Shown here piece by piece: positions 13,117 to 27,369 of a DNA stretch of 64,000 nt; positions within the stretch are counted from its first letter, which is position 1, and each line of letters begins with the position of its first letter. The translations under genes and the position numbers were made by a program. The stretch is taken from assembly GCF_009914755.1 (NCBI RefSeq), contig NC_060934.1. One strand, given 5' to 3'. This DNA is from the human T2T-CHM13v2.0 reference genome, Homo sapiens. The notes beneath the pieces were generated by a model. That model was not told the DNA's origin, did not search any database, and saw only the letters and a list, made by a program, of their open reading frames with translations.

Positions 13117-13387
13117 CTTTGTTTGTTTGAAATGGAGTCTCACTCTATTGCCCAGGTTGGAGTGCAGTGGTACAATCTAAGCAAACTCCACCTCTCAGGT
13201 TCAAGTGATTCTCCTGCCTCAGCCTGCTGAGTAACTATGACTACAGGCGCCTGCTGAGTAACTATGACTACAGGCGCCTGCCTGTACCGGCTACTACATC
13301 CGGCTAATTTTTGTATTTTTAGTAGAGACGGGGTTTCACCATGTTGGCCAGGTTGGTCTCAAACTCCCGACCTCAAGTGATCCAGCC
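13117..13387 (-). mobile_element. 5'-truncated AluS with an internal 27-bp tandem duplication
   Basis: 15-bp TSD aagaatgg(t/g)ctatag at 13102-13116 and 13388-13402. Confidence 0.92.
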
Positions 13388-13668
13388 AAGAATGGGCTAT
13401 AGTTTTTATTTCTATTACATTTTACACTACTGACTGTTATCCACTGGCTGGTGATACTACACAACCTTCATTGTGTATATGAAATTTGGGGGCCTTTATA
13501 TGCTGGTTTCATGGCTGGCACATCCCAACTACACATCTCAATATTTGCATTGAATGACAAATGAGTAGGTAGTAGACCTCAGTATCTTGTTTAGATGGTG
13601 ACTAAATGCATTTAATTTATAAGTGTATCCTGCTCTAAAATGGTAAGGAATTTGGAGAAGTTACGCAC

Positions 13669-13805
13669 ATTGCAGGATTCTGGCTGGCTAGAGCAGGAAT
13701 AGTTATTTTGTACAAGAATAGCTGTCTTTGGTCTTGTCCAATAGCAGAGTGCAGCTGGTACACTGGCTGTCCCCAGTTATTTTTCTGACAAATCTCTTCT
13801 AATAT
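13669..13805 (-). CDS. A1CF: A1CF coding exon ILEEICQKNNWGQPVYQL...QNPAI (dsRBD-like domain)
   Basis: Translated by hand; ttgtag| acceptor, AAT|gtgcgt donor, 137 nt. Confidence 0.96.
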
Positions 13806-16485
13806 CTACAAGAATAAAAAAAGTTATTTCCCCCTCAAATGACACATTCACATTATTTCCCAAGTTTTCAGGTTTTTAAACTCTAATTTTCAGAGTTCAA
13901 GCTAGTATCTGAAGATATAAAATGCCACATGATTTAATGACTCATAAAATTTAAGATGAACTCAATTTGAACTCCATTTAAAATGTTAGGTCTATTAGTT
14001 CATAAAATCACTTTCACACCATTTACTGTAATATGTTTTTAGTTTAGTCTATTAGCTGTAACTTTTTACCAAAAGCTTAATTTTATGATTTGTTTGGAAT
14101 ATTTGTTTTTGTAAAAATTGTTGCTCCAACACTGTGTGTATAGATTTGTATAGATTTACTCATTATTACTCTCAATCTCTGTGTTTATAATGGTTTAGAG
14201 ATGATAGCCTAAGAATATATTTTTATTTCGTGACATTTGTCATAGGGTTTTAATCTCACAATTTCATAAAAATAGAATTAAAAAGTTTAATGCTTGGTAT
14301 TTATCGAGTGTTCCTAGATGGGTGTTGACAGTTGCAATGTTTTTATTTGTTTGGTAAGACACTATTTCTGGCTTTTTTGTTTGTTTGTTTGTTTTTTTGC
14401 TTAATGACAATATGCTTTTTAGCATCCTCCTGCATGTTTTTTCTTCTGTAATTACTCCAAACTGAATATTTTCTAAAGATTCATAGTTTCTTTATTCTGA
14501 AGCCATTTTTGGTTGTCCAGAGGTCCTGATGCTCTCGTTAGTCAGCAGATTCAGTAGACTGTGGAAAGCAGGGCATAAGCCTGAGAAAATAACTCTGTAA
14601 GACAGAACAATGTCTCAGGATGTGTCTCTGAGGTTTCTTACCTCATTTATGCTAACTAACCCAGCTGCAATAGCATGATATTTTCCAGTTTATTAATTTG
14701 TAGATTGTTACTGTTTTTTCTATTGATATTTTCTTTTTAATACTCTTGTTGTGTAGGATCTCTTGTAATCCTCAGAGCATTCTCTACAGTTCTTGGGCAA
14801 TAATAAAGGAGCTTTTGCTGGTAGATATTATGCCTGCTTGTTTATGCCAGGTGAGCAAACCTGGGCGGAAGGAACACCAGCTCTCACTGCTGACTTTGCA
14901 GGAAAGGGCTTGTCTCTCTGCTTCTGGCTGGAAGTTCACAACTCTACTTTGGGATTGTTTAGGCCCCATCTGTGTTGGTTGGTGGTGGCATGGTCTTCAT
15001 TTCTAAGCCATAGTTGTAGAAGGTCAGACACAAATTAAAGAACTTTTATTAATTGATAGAGATTGTTACTCACATACTAATAAAAGACATGATGAATTTC
15101 TAACTTGAGTTTAATGTAAAATGAAGAGATCTCTTTTCATACTATTGCAGCTCTCGGAACTATTATTATACAGAATTTGCGACTATTATTTTTTATTTTC
15201 TTAAAATATTTCTAAGTATTCCAGTACTTTAATCAGGTTTTTTGTTTTGGGTTTTAACCTAAGAGAAACTGGATGAGTGGCTTTTATATTTTCTGAACAA
15301 ACTTCATCATATCACTTCCAGATTTCATTATATGTTTACGTGTCAGTTTTTTCCCACTGGATTGCCATCTAATTTTTCATGATAAGGATTTTGTTATATT
15401 CACTTCTACATCTCCAGCACCTAGCGCACTACATGGTGCATAAGAGAAGTTTACTAAATCTTATGTGAACAAATGATTGCTGTTTAGCAGTCTGATAGGC
15501 ATTTTTTTTAAAATTCCCTGGATGGGGCTAGCAGAAACCTTAGATAAGCTAATTTGTGCATAAAAGAAAGCCAGAAATCCCATTAAAAAATTACCCAAGA
15601 TGAGCTTTTAGAAAACCAGTTTTCTTCTGGATTGAAATTATAAGGGCTACTTCCATAAATGTGAGGCTATAAGCCCACCTTTGTCATGGGAATAGGGAAG
15701 TTTCCTTCAAGATACACAAACTGTAACTCTGATTATTCAGCCAAAATGTATTTCAGAGAGATCAGCACCTATCACACTCCCACAGGGAACAGTCTCAGGG
15801 TTAGCATAGACTCTGTTTTGTTTTATTTTTAACCCCGGGAGTCAGTTTCCATATTGAAACTTTTATAGCTTTTAATTTTCCAATAATAAAAACCACAGGT
15901 TAATGTTGAAGTGTGGAAACTTAGAACTGTTAAATGAACACAGTAAAAACTCTCTGTAATGCCACTGCCAAAATATAACTATGGAGGAAGAGTTAATTTG
16001 GTATGACTGATGACATCTCATAGTTAATAATTCACCCAGATATCATGGTGGAGTTTTCTCTTAGATACAGTATTTCCAAGAAAAGATGTCCTAAATGGTC
16101 TATTCAGGGCACTGCCATAATACTCTTCATTTGCCAGCCAACCTGGCTCACATACAATAGGCATTTATTCTGAGATGGGGTCTTTGCCTCATTTCGGGTA
16201 TGGGTTGATAATTCTTAATAGCTCTCAGATTCTTTGCATTTCAGTGGAATATTGTTCAAGGTGTTAGACTTTATGATTTTTTAAAAAAGAGAAAGGACCT
16301 ATAATAGAATAATGGCACCAGATGCCCAGCATTCCTTCAAAGACTGTGACATTCATTGGATGCTTTATATATTAAAAGAAAAAAACCCATAGCTTGAGTA
16401 GGGATCAAGTCAAATCATTTGATAAAAGTGAATGATGCTCATTGGCACAACTTAAAGAAACTATTTCTGGAATAACATTACCTAC

Positions 16486-16691
16486 CTGGGGAGCGAGTTT
16501 AATTCCTTGGGGTTTTAATGTGACAGGATTCATTGGGGTGAGCTCCATCCCAGGTAAAATGTCATAGAGTTTGTCTTCTCTTTTGTCTCCTTTGACCTGG
16601 TATCCTCGACCCAGGCCTGTGTATGCCAAATAGCCACGGCCGCCCAGTCCTCTCACTCCCGCAGCCCCTACAGGTACATTCATGTAAATTT
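16486..16691 (-). CDS. A1CF: A1CF coding exon with alternative 3' splice sites: long form from 16691 (adds EIYMNVPV, ACF65), short form from 16667 (ACF64); RG-rich region
   Basis: tcctag| at 16691 and ctgtag| at 16667 are 24 nt apart; CAG|gtaggt donor; 206 or 182 nt. Confidence 0.96.
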
Positions 16692-18634
16692 CTAGGAACG
16701 TAAGAAGGCATTAAACTGAATCAAACCACCAGAAAATCACCCTGAATCTTACTGTAATGGAAAAGTTAGCCCAATTCACGTTGATTATTGCCCTGAAGAT
16801 GGGTGGGAGACTCTAGGATTCTAATGTAATGAAACTCAACATAAGGTAAGGTTTAACATAGGTGTCTCTCTTTTTTGAAAAACTACCTTCAGAAGAAAAC
16901 AATGCCATTGATAAATACAATACTATTGATAAGTACACAAACAACTTAAAAATTTTGGGATAGAAAATTTGCAATTTTTGTCTTTAGGTAACCTTGATAT
17001 TTTATACAGACTAATAAAGACTGGGAATGTATTTATTAGAACATTCCAACATAATGCGACCACTTATTTTGAAATCAGTCTTGCATAGAGACTGTCACTG
17101 ATCAGTATATCAGAAATAAATTCTGGCTTCCCTAATTATCCCACTTCCAATGACTTATTGTAAAACAAACATTTAGAAAGCATGCTTTTAGGTTCACCAT
17201 GCTCTCTGATGTTCGGTCAATGTGAGGCTTAAATTTCCATTGAGTTTCATGCATAGATTCCTTTTGATTTTTGTTTTGCCATGTTACTACTTTGATTTTA
17301 TATTGGTGGCATAGAGATAAAAAATTAAATTGATTACCCTTCATCCATGAATATCATTCATTGATTCCTTTCTTGTTATAAGATAGGCATTTTTTCCCTT
17401 ATAGTGGAGTTTGTTTTTTTTCGACATCATAACTGGTTGACAATTTGTATTTAATGTATGGATTGGTTAATGAGGTGATTTTATATTCTAAATGCATAAT
17501 GTTGCAATGATATAATTTATTATCACATAGACAAGTTACCTTAAAGGAAATCTTGATTATTTCATTTGCATTACAATTTTGGGGCAAGTAATTATGAGTA
17601 TGAAACTTTTAAGGCTGTTGAAGACTAGAGCTCCTAATATGATCAATTTAGTTATACTGAAAAGTAGTAAAACATAGTAAGATAATTGTTTCCACAGTAA
17701 TCTAGATGTGCCTTTTTGCTTCTAAGTCAAACCCAAGAATAGACTTAAATGCACAGTTTATCGAATTGCCCAGATTCATGTCGTATTTGGAGGATAGAAC
17801 TGGGATTCAGTTGGCATTAGCCACATCCTAGAAAAACTCATCTGAAGGAGCCAAAAAGACAGGGACAAGCTAGTTTCTTGGAAATAGAATAAAGGCTTTC
17901 TTTATCTTCTAGCTTTCTTGAAGAAATGGAGCTTGGAAAACTGCTCAAACATTTAGAATTCTTACAGGATTCAAATGTGAAATATTTATTGTTTTATTAG
18001 CAGTCTGATTGAGGGTTTTTTTTCTATTTGTTGTTCAGTTCTCCATGTATTAAAGAAATATAGTAATGTCCTTAATTATTTGGCTTCTAAGAAAGTATAA
18101 CATATTTCCTGGAGGAGGTCAGATGAGAACATCTCATATGTCTGTTAGATTATATTTATAATAATTTGTGATTTACATATTAAGACAATGCCACTGAGTC
18201 ACCATCAAATACACACATGCCTTGAAAGGGTTTTGCTATTTGAGGTAATTGGTTTCCACTGGACTATACTAGTCTATTCCAGAAGTGTTGTAATGAGCCA
18301 CAGATGACTACACAGTGGTGGACAAGTGATATAGAAGAAGCTAACAATTATAGAACTAGGTTTTAGTTTGTGCAAATTTTATGGGCCCATGCAAAGTTTG
18401 AATCTGTGCACTAGGCTCATTTGCACAATGTTCTGATGACGTTTTTTCAATAACCAGTTGTAATGTGAAAAAGATTCCTATTAAAGGAAAACTATTGATA
18501 TAATAGTTGATTTTTAATAAACAATTTTTCAGTGCTTTTCTCCAAGTGGACCCATCCAATGTATCTAAGGCTACTGCAATTTGAGTCATTTGAAATCTTG
18601 GGATTACTCTAAAGCAAGATCTGACTGGTGTTAC

Positions 18635-18908
18635 CTCTAACAGAAGGGGCTCGGATAATGGCTCTGTTGCTGAGATGTCCTTTGGTGGCTGGGAAATGAA
18701 GACTGGGAATTGCTGCATAGGTCTGGGGGGCATAGAAGACAGGAGCTCCAAGGTAGGTTGTGGTGGGATCATAAACTTGGCCCAAAGAGTAGGTATACTC
18801 TCCTTGCAGCATGGTGCCCCTTCCACCTGTGCCTCGGGTATACCTAACATAACTGTCCTTGTCCACTGGTTTTGCTAGGGTGACTTCAATGGGGGAACCA
18901 TCCAGCAC
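18635..18908 (-). CDS. A1CF: A1CF coding exon VLDGSPIEVTLAKP...RAPSVR
   Basis: caacag| acceptor, GAG|gtaaca donor, 274 nt; seen in ORF 18609..18983. Confidence 0.97.
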
Positions 18909-21489
18909 CTGTTGTAGAGAGCAAAGAAATATCAACACGAGATGATATGAAGATAACCAAGTGTGGCTGAGCCCTAATAACATGACTCCTTCTAAGTGTT
19001 AGACTATTTGCTGTAGGTTTATTGATTGTATCTTGTCATTTTATAGGTTTGTTTTGTATGCCAGTTGAACTTTTTCTGAGCCATTTTGTTGGTAAGTTGC
19101 ATAAGATGCCAACAGGTTTGACAGTGACATATTGGCCAGTGTCCATTGACATATTCATTATAAATTTACAATCTGGTTACAGTCACTGAGACAGAAAGTT
19201 ATGTAATATTTTTATTAGGTCATATATGTGTTTTAAATTACATATTTATATAATTATATAACTACAAGACAATTTAGGTTTGTTATGGATGGTATAAAAT
19301 CTCCATTACCTTGCACAATAAGATGAAGGTGAAAGGAAACCAATAAAGAAATCTTAACAATTATTAGCATTTAGCATGGGCAGCCAAATCAGGCCCTTCC
19401 AGCTGATAGCCCGCTAACTGTCTTGCTCCTTAGAGCAGCCACACAAGTAAGTTTTCACTGGAGAAGAGAGACATACTGTGGCTCTACCAAAGGAAGAGGA
19501 ATCTGGGAGGCTGTTGCATTGCCTGCCACAGGTTCTTCCTTGTGAAGCCACCTTTTGATCTGCTGAACAGTTGGGAGCTAATAAACAGGGATGACAGGGG
19601 TCAGGAGTAGTTGGGAGTGAGAGTAGTATTGAGGTTCTCAGATCATGCACTGCTTAAAACCTGTCCTTAAGAATTCTGACACAAATTCTGAGACTGCAAA
19701 CAGCTCCAGATGTCAAAGATAATGGATGTATGTAGATCTACGTGTGCTACTAACTTCTATGTATTGCTTGCCTACACAATAAACAATGATGGCTCTCAAG
19801 AAATTCTTGATAGATTGATGTATTTATTATCAAAGGAACAAAGTATTGTCTGAAAGCATTTGTGGCTTTGTTTTTGAATAAGAATGTGAAGATCCTCTGT
19901 TTTATATAAAGAACACTTTTATGTAAAGTGTTTCTACAGAAATTCCCATTCACAGCAGCTGAGTGTGCACCCTTACCCTCTGATTTCAACAGTGACTCAG
20001 TGGTTCCTGGATTATTGAAGTCTGCTGGACAAAGCTTGTGCTTCATGGTCATCCTGACCATTTTGTTCAGCCTCTTGGTCAATTTGTCCCCAGTATTATG
20101 TATTTACCTTACTTTTTAGTAGCAGGAGCCAGTGTCAAATAAGTTAGATGGAATACTCTGAGAGACAGACAGAATCCAGCTGATATTCAACAATCTTATA
20201 TTGATGTTGATGTAATTAGAAAAAGTAGACCTGGCATACTGAAAATAGGGGAGGAACTTGGGTATAAGATTCTTTATATCTTCAGTCCAGTCTTGAGGAA
20301 GATGAGAGACCCAAATAGGTCTCTGCTTATAGGCACTTCCATATCAAGAGATGTTTTGCATGGAATGATTCTTTGCGGCAAATTCAGATATCTTGTAACA
20401 AATTTTGTTCTGCCTTCCTTTGTCCCATCCAAAAGCATTTTAAATTCAATATTGTATTTTAGTTATTTGGTTTAGATATTTCCAGAGCTAGGACAATATC
20501 TTATTAATCTGTATAGCCCAAGCTTAGTAAAATTTCTTTCACTTCATAGACTTACAAAAAGAATAAATGAATAATCATTCTGAAGCTCAATTCATCATTT
20601 TTCTCTCTGAATAGGCTTCCCTTCCTGACTTTCATAACAACCTACCATATTGGAAGCTTATAATGACTTGTCCTTCTTTTTCATCCCATCTCCAATCAGT
20701 TCCTGCGTCCTTTGAATTTATCCCTTACTGTTCTGCATATGGCTGTCTCCTACATTCCATTCCTACCTAAGTTCAAGACTTTATTTTGTCCCATTTGGTT
20801 GACTATAATAGCTTTATAACTAGTTTCTATGACATGTTTCTCTCACCTGTATTAAAAAGTCAGTTCTTACTAGGCTAATTTTCCTAAATTGTAAATGTGA
20901 TAATTATCGTAGAAAAAATTTCAAGATCTCACTTCATCTAACAAATTAAATATAAATATCTCTATATATGCTCAAAAACCTTCATAGTTCCTAGGAAAAC
21001 TTACTTTTGATTTTTCCATACCACATTATAGTCAAATATAATATTAAATATATATTTAACTAAATAATATGTGTAAATAATTACTCTAAAAATATCTAGC
21101 TGCAAAAATTGGGAATTTGAATATGTTTCAATTGTAATTATTCCAATGTAATTTTTGGCATTTAATTTGTGATGGCTGTTCCTTCCCAGCAATCATCATG
21201 TATACTCAGGAATGTTTCCATATAGAGAAAATCTAACTTACAAATTGTTTTCCAAGTAATAACACTTTTATGATACTAAATGTGATCATCAATGAAGATG
21301 AAATAATGCTTTTCTTTATAGACATGTATTTATGCATTAGTTTTTCTTTGCAGTTTTCTTTTTTGTATTTCAGAGTGAATACTTTCTCCACCCCACCCTC
21401 CAGTATTCAAACTTTTTGAGTTTGAGTGGGCCCCTGAGGAGCTAATATGCAAGAGGCTCCACAGTGTCTGAAGGGCCTAGGCTAAGAGA

Positions 21490-22255
<766 letters not shown>

Positions 22256-23180
22256 TCCGATAGGTAACACAGTCCCACGTGCATTATGTTCCAGCCAAGT
22301 TACTCCACATTTTCCTGTTCTCCAATCTTGTCTTGCTCTTCTCAAATTCTGTGCCTCTAAGACTTCCTGTCTTTCCATATTTTGATTTTTGAAATTATAC
22401 CCAATTTTCGTGGCTTCTCTTAAATATTATCTTCTCATATCCATGAAGATGTTTTATTCTTTATAGCCCACTTCTTCCTTTGAACTTGCTCACCACGTTT
22501 ATCTCTCTTTATGATATTTACTTGCCTATACTTTGCACGAGTTTGTGTAGTTGTCTTATTCCTCCAACCAACTTTTAACTCTTTGTCAAACATCTTTGAT
22601 TCTCTTTGTATCCTAGCATGATAAGTGGTCTACAGAAGGTTTTAAATGTTTATTGGCTTGATATATAAATATTATATTGCTTTCTGTAGACAACTCAGTA
22701 GTGAGGATATAGAAGCTTCCCCAGCCCCTACTCTTGGCAAGGTGAGAGACTCTAAGCTTTCCAAGTGGAAGATCAAACTATGAAGGCAGAATAACAGCTA
22801 TCTTGACATGTTTTTAATTCATCAGCTTCTAAAATACTGCACTAAAATGATGATAATCTCTTTGAAGTAATGAGAGAAAACTGGAATTGTGAAAAACATC
22901 TTGAAATAATCTACTTAAATCTCCTCTTTCCATGGAAATTGAGGGCCAGTGACTTGTCCAAATTATAAAAAACAAATAGAGGTAAAGTTGGATATATTAG
23001 GTACATCTCCAACTTCCATTGTATTTTCCATCATTTCTCTTTAGTACATCTTAAATGGACTGAGGCAGCCATGTCAGAGAAGGCTGGAGTGAGACAGGCT
23101 TGCAGGACTGTGCTTTTGGATGTAATATCCACACCAAACTTGGATGTAATCTGCATATTTTTTTCTTTCTTCTACCTTAC

Positions 23181-23278
23181 CTTGCCATTTAAAGCTTTCA
23201 TAGCCTCAACTGCATCTTCTCGGTTACTGAAGTGCACAAAAGCATAGTCTCGAATTTTCTTCACCCTCTCCACAGCAC
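23181..23278 (-). CDS. A1CF: A1CF coding exon [33 protein letters not shown] (RRM3)
   Basis: ttacag| acceptor, AAG|gtaagg donor, 98 nt, phase 1 to 0; RNP1-like RDYAFVHF. Confidence 0.97.
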
Positions 23279-24084
23279 CTGTAAAATAGAGTGAAGGTTG
23301 CCCCATTAACAAAATTAAGAGAGCCTTGAAAGTGATATATTTTAGCATCTAGCTGCAAAGAGTATTTGATTTTTTTTATGGATACCTCATATTTAAGTAA
23401 GGATCTCATCAAGAACATTCAACAGAAGATTTTTTTTGCAGTTTTTAAAATAAAATTTATATTCTGACTTATTATAATTTGTTATGGATTTGTGTCTTCC
23501 ACTTCCTAGATTACAAGGTGTCTAAGGGTGGGAATTCCATCTTCTTTTGCATTTTATGTAATGTAAAAGATAGTACATTTTGCATGGTAAAATACTTGTT
23601 GAATTGAGTTGAACTCAATTATTGATCATTTTACAAACATATATTTAGGTGATTACTTTTGCTTTTCACCCCAGCAAAATGTCTTTATCTCTTTTGTCTT
23701 ATGTAATTAACTTTAAATTACTTTTAAAAATTTAAATATTAGGTAACTACAGTTCTGACAAGGGAACTGAGATTTAGAGTGCACACAGAGAGGAACTACA
23801 ACTGGATTCTCTATATCCTTATCCAATAATCTTTAAATAAAAAACAAAAAGAAGAAAAAGAAAGTTGTTTCCGAAAGAACATCTGGGAACAAAGATAAGT
23901 TGCCTGCCTTGCTGTCATGATAGCTAAAGATTGGAAACAATGTAAATATCTACTATTCTACTTTGAGTAATGTCTCTTACAGAAACACTCACACACATGT
24001 ACAAGGATCATGCATAAGGATATCAATTACACTACTGTTGAAAGAGCAAAAATAAAACAATTTAATGTCTATTTTCATGAGTGA

Positions 24085-24466
<382 letters not shown>

Positions 24467-26149
24467 CAAGACCTATTGTTAATTTTTAAAAAGTTATAAA
24501 ATAGTAAGTACAATATTACAGCATTTGTGTTTTTAATAATCCAAAACCATATATATGTGCACACAAATATAAATACACTCATACAGAAAGTGAACTGAAA
24601 AGATAGAGACCAAACTCTTAACAGAGGTTACTTCAGGAATGGGGAGAAAAGTTGGGAAGAATGAAGGAGGTTTTCATATTTTAATTGATATATTTGGTAT
24701 TTTACAAATATTTGCAAAGTTTATTTATATTATTTGTGTAGAAAACCCAAACAAACCAACTATCTATTTTTATGTAAGGGAACTGCTGAACATGATGGCA
24801 ACATATAAAAATGAAAAAGATAGTTGTACCGAGATAGTTGGATGTTATATTTTTAAAATGTTTTTCCTTACTCAATTTTAAAAATAGACCTTTTGCTTAG
24901 AGTGAAGGTAAGGTGGAAATTTGTTTAACCACTATTAGTTTAGCATGCCAATTATCTTCTTTAATCCCTACACTCACTTGGGTGTACCTTGAGAGTGCCG
25001 GGAGACAACATAGGATGAGACATTATGCCAGGGAAAAGAAGAGGGGGAAGTCCTTTCTGTCCTTATCAAAGTTTCATTATCTTCTTAGATTCAAGGTAAC
25101 AAAGGTAATTAGAGTTTTTACTCTCCCACGTGGTTCAATGACTAAGAATTATCTTCCTTTGGAATGATAGTCGGCCTGTAACATAAGGACAATTTAAAGA
25201 CATTGTGATACTTCTCTTTTCACTCCCTTCAACAGTCGACCCTTGACTTCTTATGGCAATGGTTATACAGAGCAAAATTATCTGGCCAGGCTAAGGATAA
25301 ATAAAGCTCTCTGAGACCATGAAGCATGAGACATATAATTAACTGAATATCCAATATAGTCTCTTCATTCCTTTCAGTGTCACATGGGGTGATGATCATG
25401 ACTTAATCCCATGACTTGTTTTAGTAACTGAGAAGGAAGACGTTGGCCAATGATGACCTTCACCTTTCCAGTCTTTGCTTGGTTCATATTTCAATGTCAT
25501 TCTCCACCTAGGCTCACTGGTCTGTTATCTCCCTGAGAACAGGACCCTCTTCAGAGACTTCTTGGTATCATCTTCACCTGGTTCCTGCCTACTGCCTTGG
25601 ACACAGGAGCTACTCTATAAATACACATGGAATAAGGGAATATTATCAGTTAATTCACATCCCAACTTCTGTCATTTACACCAGTTAGTGGCATTTGAGA
25701 TGATAATGAATTTAGATTTTCTGAAATTCTGTTTGCAGATATCTGAAATTATCTTACACTGTTGGACGATAACTTCCAGATGCATCTGGTTTTGGAAAAT
25801 TTGATATTTAAAAACTTAGCCTCATAAAACAGACAAGTTAAAAAGTTAGAGTCTGTGTCATAAAAGTTGGTTTTCTCTACAATAGTATTCACCACATGGC
25901 TTATTTTATTATGTTTCTTCTTTAGTGCATAGGAGTTTGTTTAATAATTGATCCTCATTTGGCAGAGGGTGAGTCCATAGAATATGAGTGATCATTATTA
26001 CTCAATCATCCATTAGCAAAGAAGAAAAAGATCCTCTGAAATCATGATGCAAGGAATTGGAAAATTATTGCTGTGTTTCTTATCAACTTGTCAGCAACAC
26101 ATAAACCTGAGGAGAAACACACCTGCATGCCAAAGGGAAGGTTATCAGA

Positions 26150-26302
26150 GGGTCATGGTTCCCGAAGTGTGGTGCCCTGACCAGCAGAATCCACTTTGCC
26201 TGGAAACTTAATAGAAATGGAAATGCTTGAACCCACCCATGATGGGCCAAGCAATCAGTGATTTAACATGCCCTTCAGGTGATTCTAATACTGCTAAACT
26301 CT
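26150..26302. mobile_element. MER5A-like MITE
   Basis: tggttcccgaagtgtggt...tttaacatgcccttcaggtgattctaat. Confidence 0.65.
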
Positions 26303-27369
26303 TGTAGGAAGATCAGATTTTGTAGAATGACTATAATTGGAAATTCAGCAGATACCCTTAGGCTACAGTGGGGAAGAACAAACCATCTTCAGGTCTCAAT
26401 TTTTGTTCTAATTATCTTTTGTGTCTCTCAGTGGCAATATAATATTATTCAAGTTCATCATGGTTAAACTGATACGTGGTCAAATATTTTGAGGTAATAT
26501 GTAGGTTCCTCTGAGGGACCTAAACTTTAAATGGAATTTTTAGAGTCATTTTTCTGTTTGTTTCCAGAAATTTTTCTAGATAAGTATAGCCTTGGCACAG
26601 TACATACTTTCCAAGATAAACTAGTTAGCTCTGACTTTTCCCTCTTAATGCAGCAGATGTCTGCTAGTTGTTCACGTTCTGAAATTCATATTTTTTTTTG
26701 CAGAGGGCCACGAAGAACAAGCCATACATCATTATATAGCCCTGAGAGTTGTGCCACCAGCTGCAGACTGTGCCCTGAAATCGCTGGACACACTTTAGTC
26801 CCAAGAAGAAAGAGAAAGTGAGAGAGTGAGCAAGAGAGAGATATGTGATGTTCATTATTTTCATGATAATTAGTAGGATCCGGGCACACATGTCTCTTTA
26901 ATATATGCCAATACGCAGACTGGGAAAGCTGATAATCAGGGACTAGGAAAGGAAGCAGCCTTTTAGTAGTTTCTCATTCTAGCCCTTGGCAAAAAAAGGT
27001 GCTGTTTTAATTAGATAAAAATAAGAAGTATTATTCACTCTGGGAAGGTAGAAAGTCAACATGGAATGAGGGGAGAATAGTGGGCAATATTTATACACAC
27101 ATAATGTTCCTATGCCTACAACTGCATCAACATTCAGATCTCAGCTTAGATGTCGCTTCAAAACACAAGTCTTCTCTGCACTCCAAGAGTAGTCTGTCAA
27201 AGCTGTATTTTTCTGGAATTTCTTAAACTTTTTCCATGCACACATCATACTTGTTTGTTCCTTCCACAGTGCCTGGCATGTAGGAGCTACTGAAGGAAAG
27301 ACAGTTGAATGAATGAGTGAGTGAATGGAATAAGGAGGCGGCATGAGAGTATTAAAGTTTTTAAGAACA

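Noticed and set aside
18356-18850. 164-aa ORF overlapping an A1CF exon in another frame
   Set aside because: Runs from mid-exon into the intron with no splice or start context; a by-product of the coding exon
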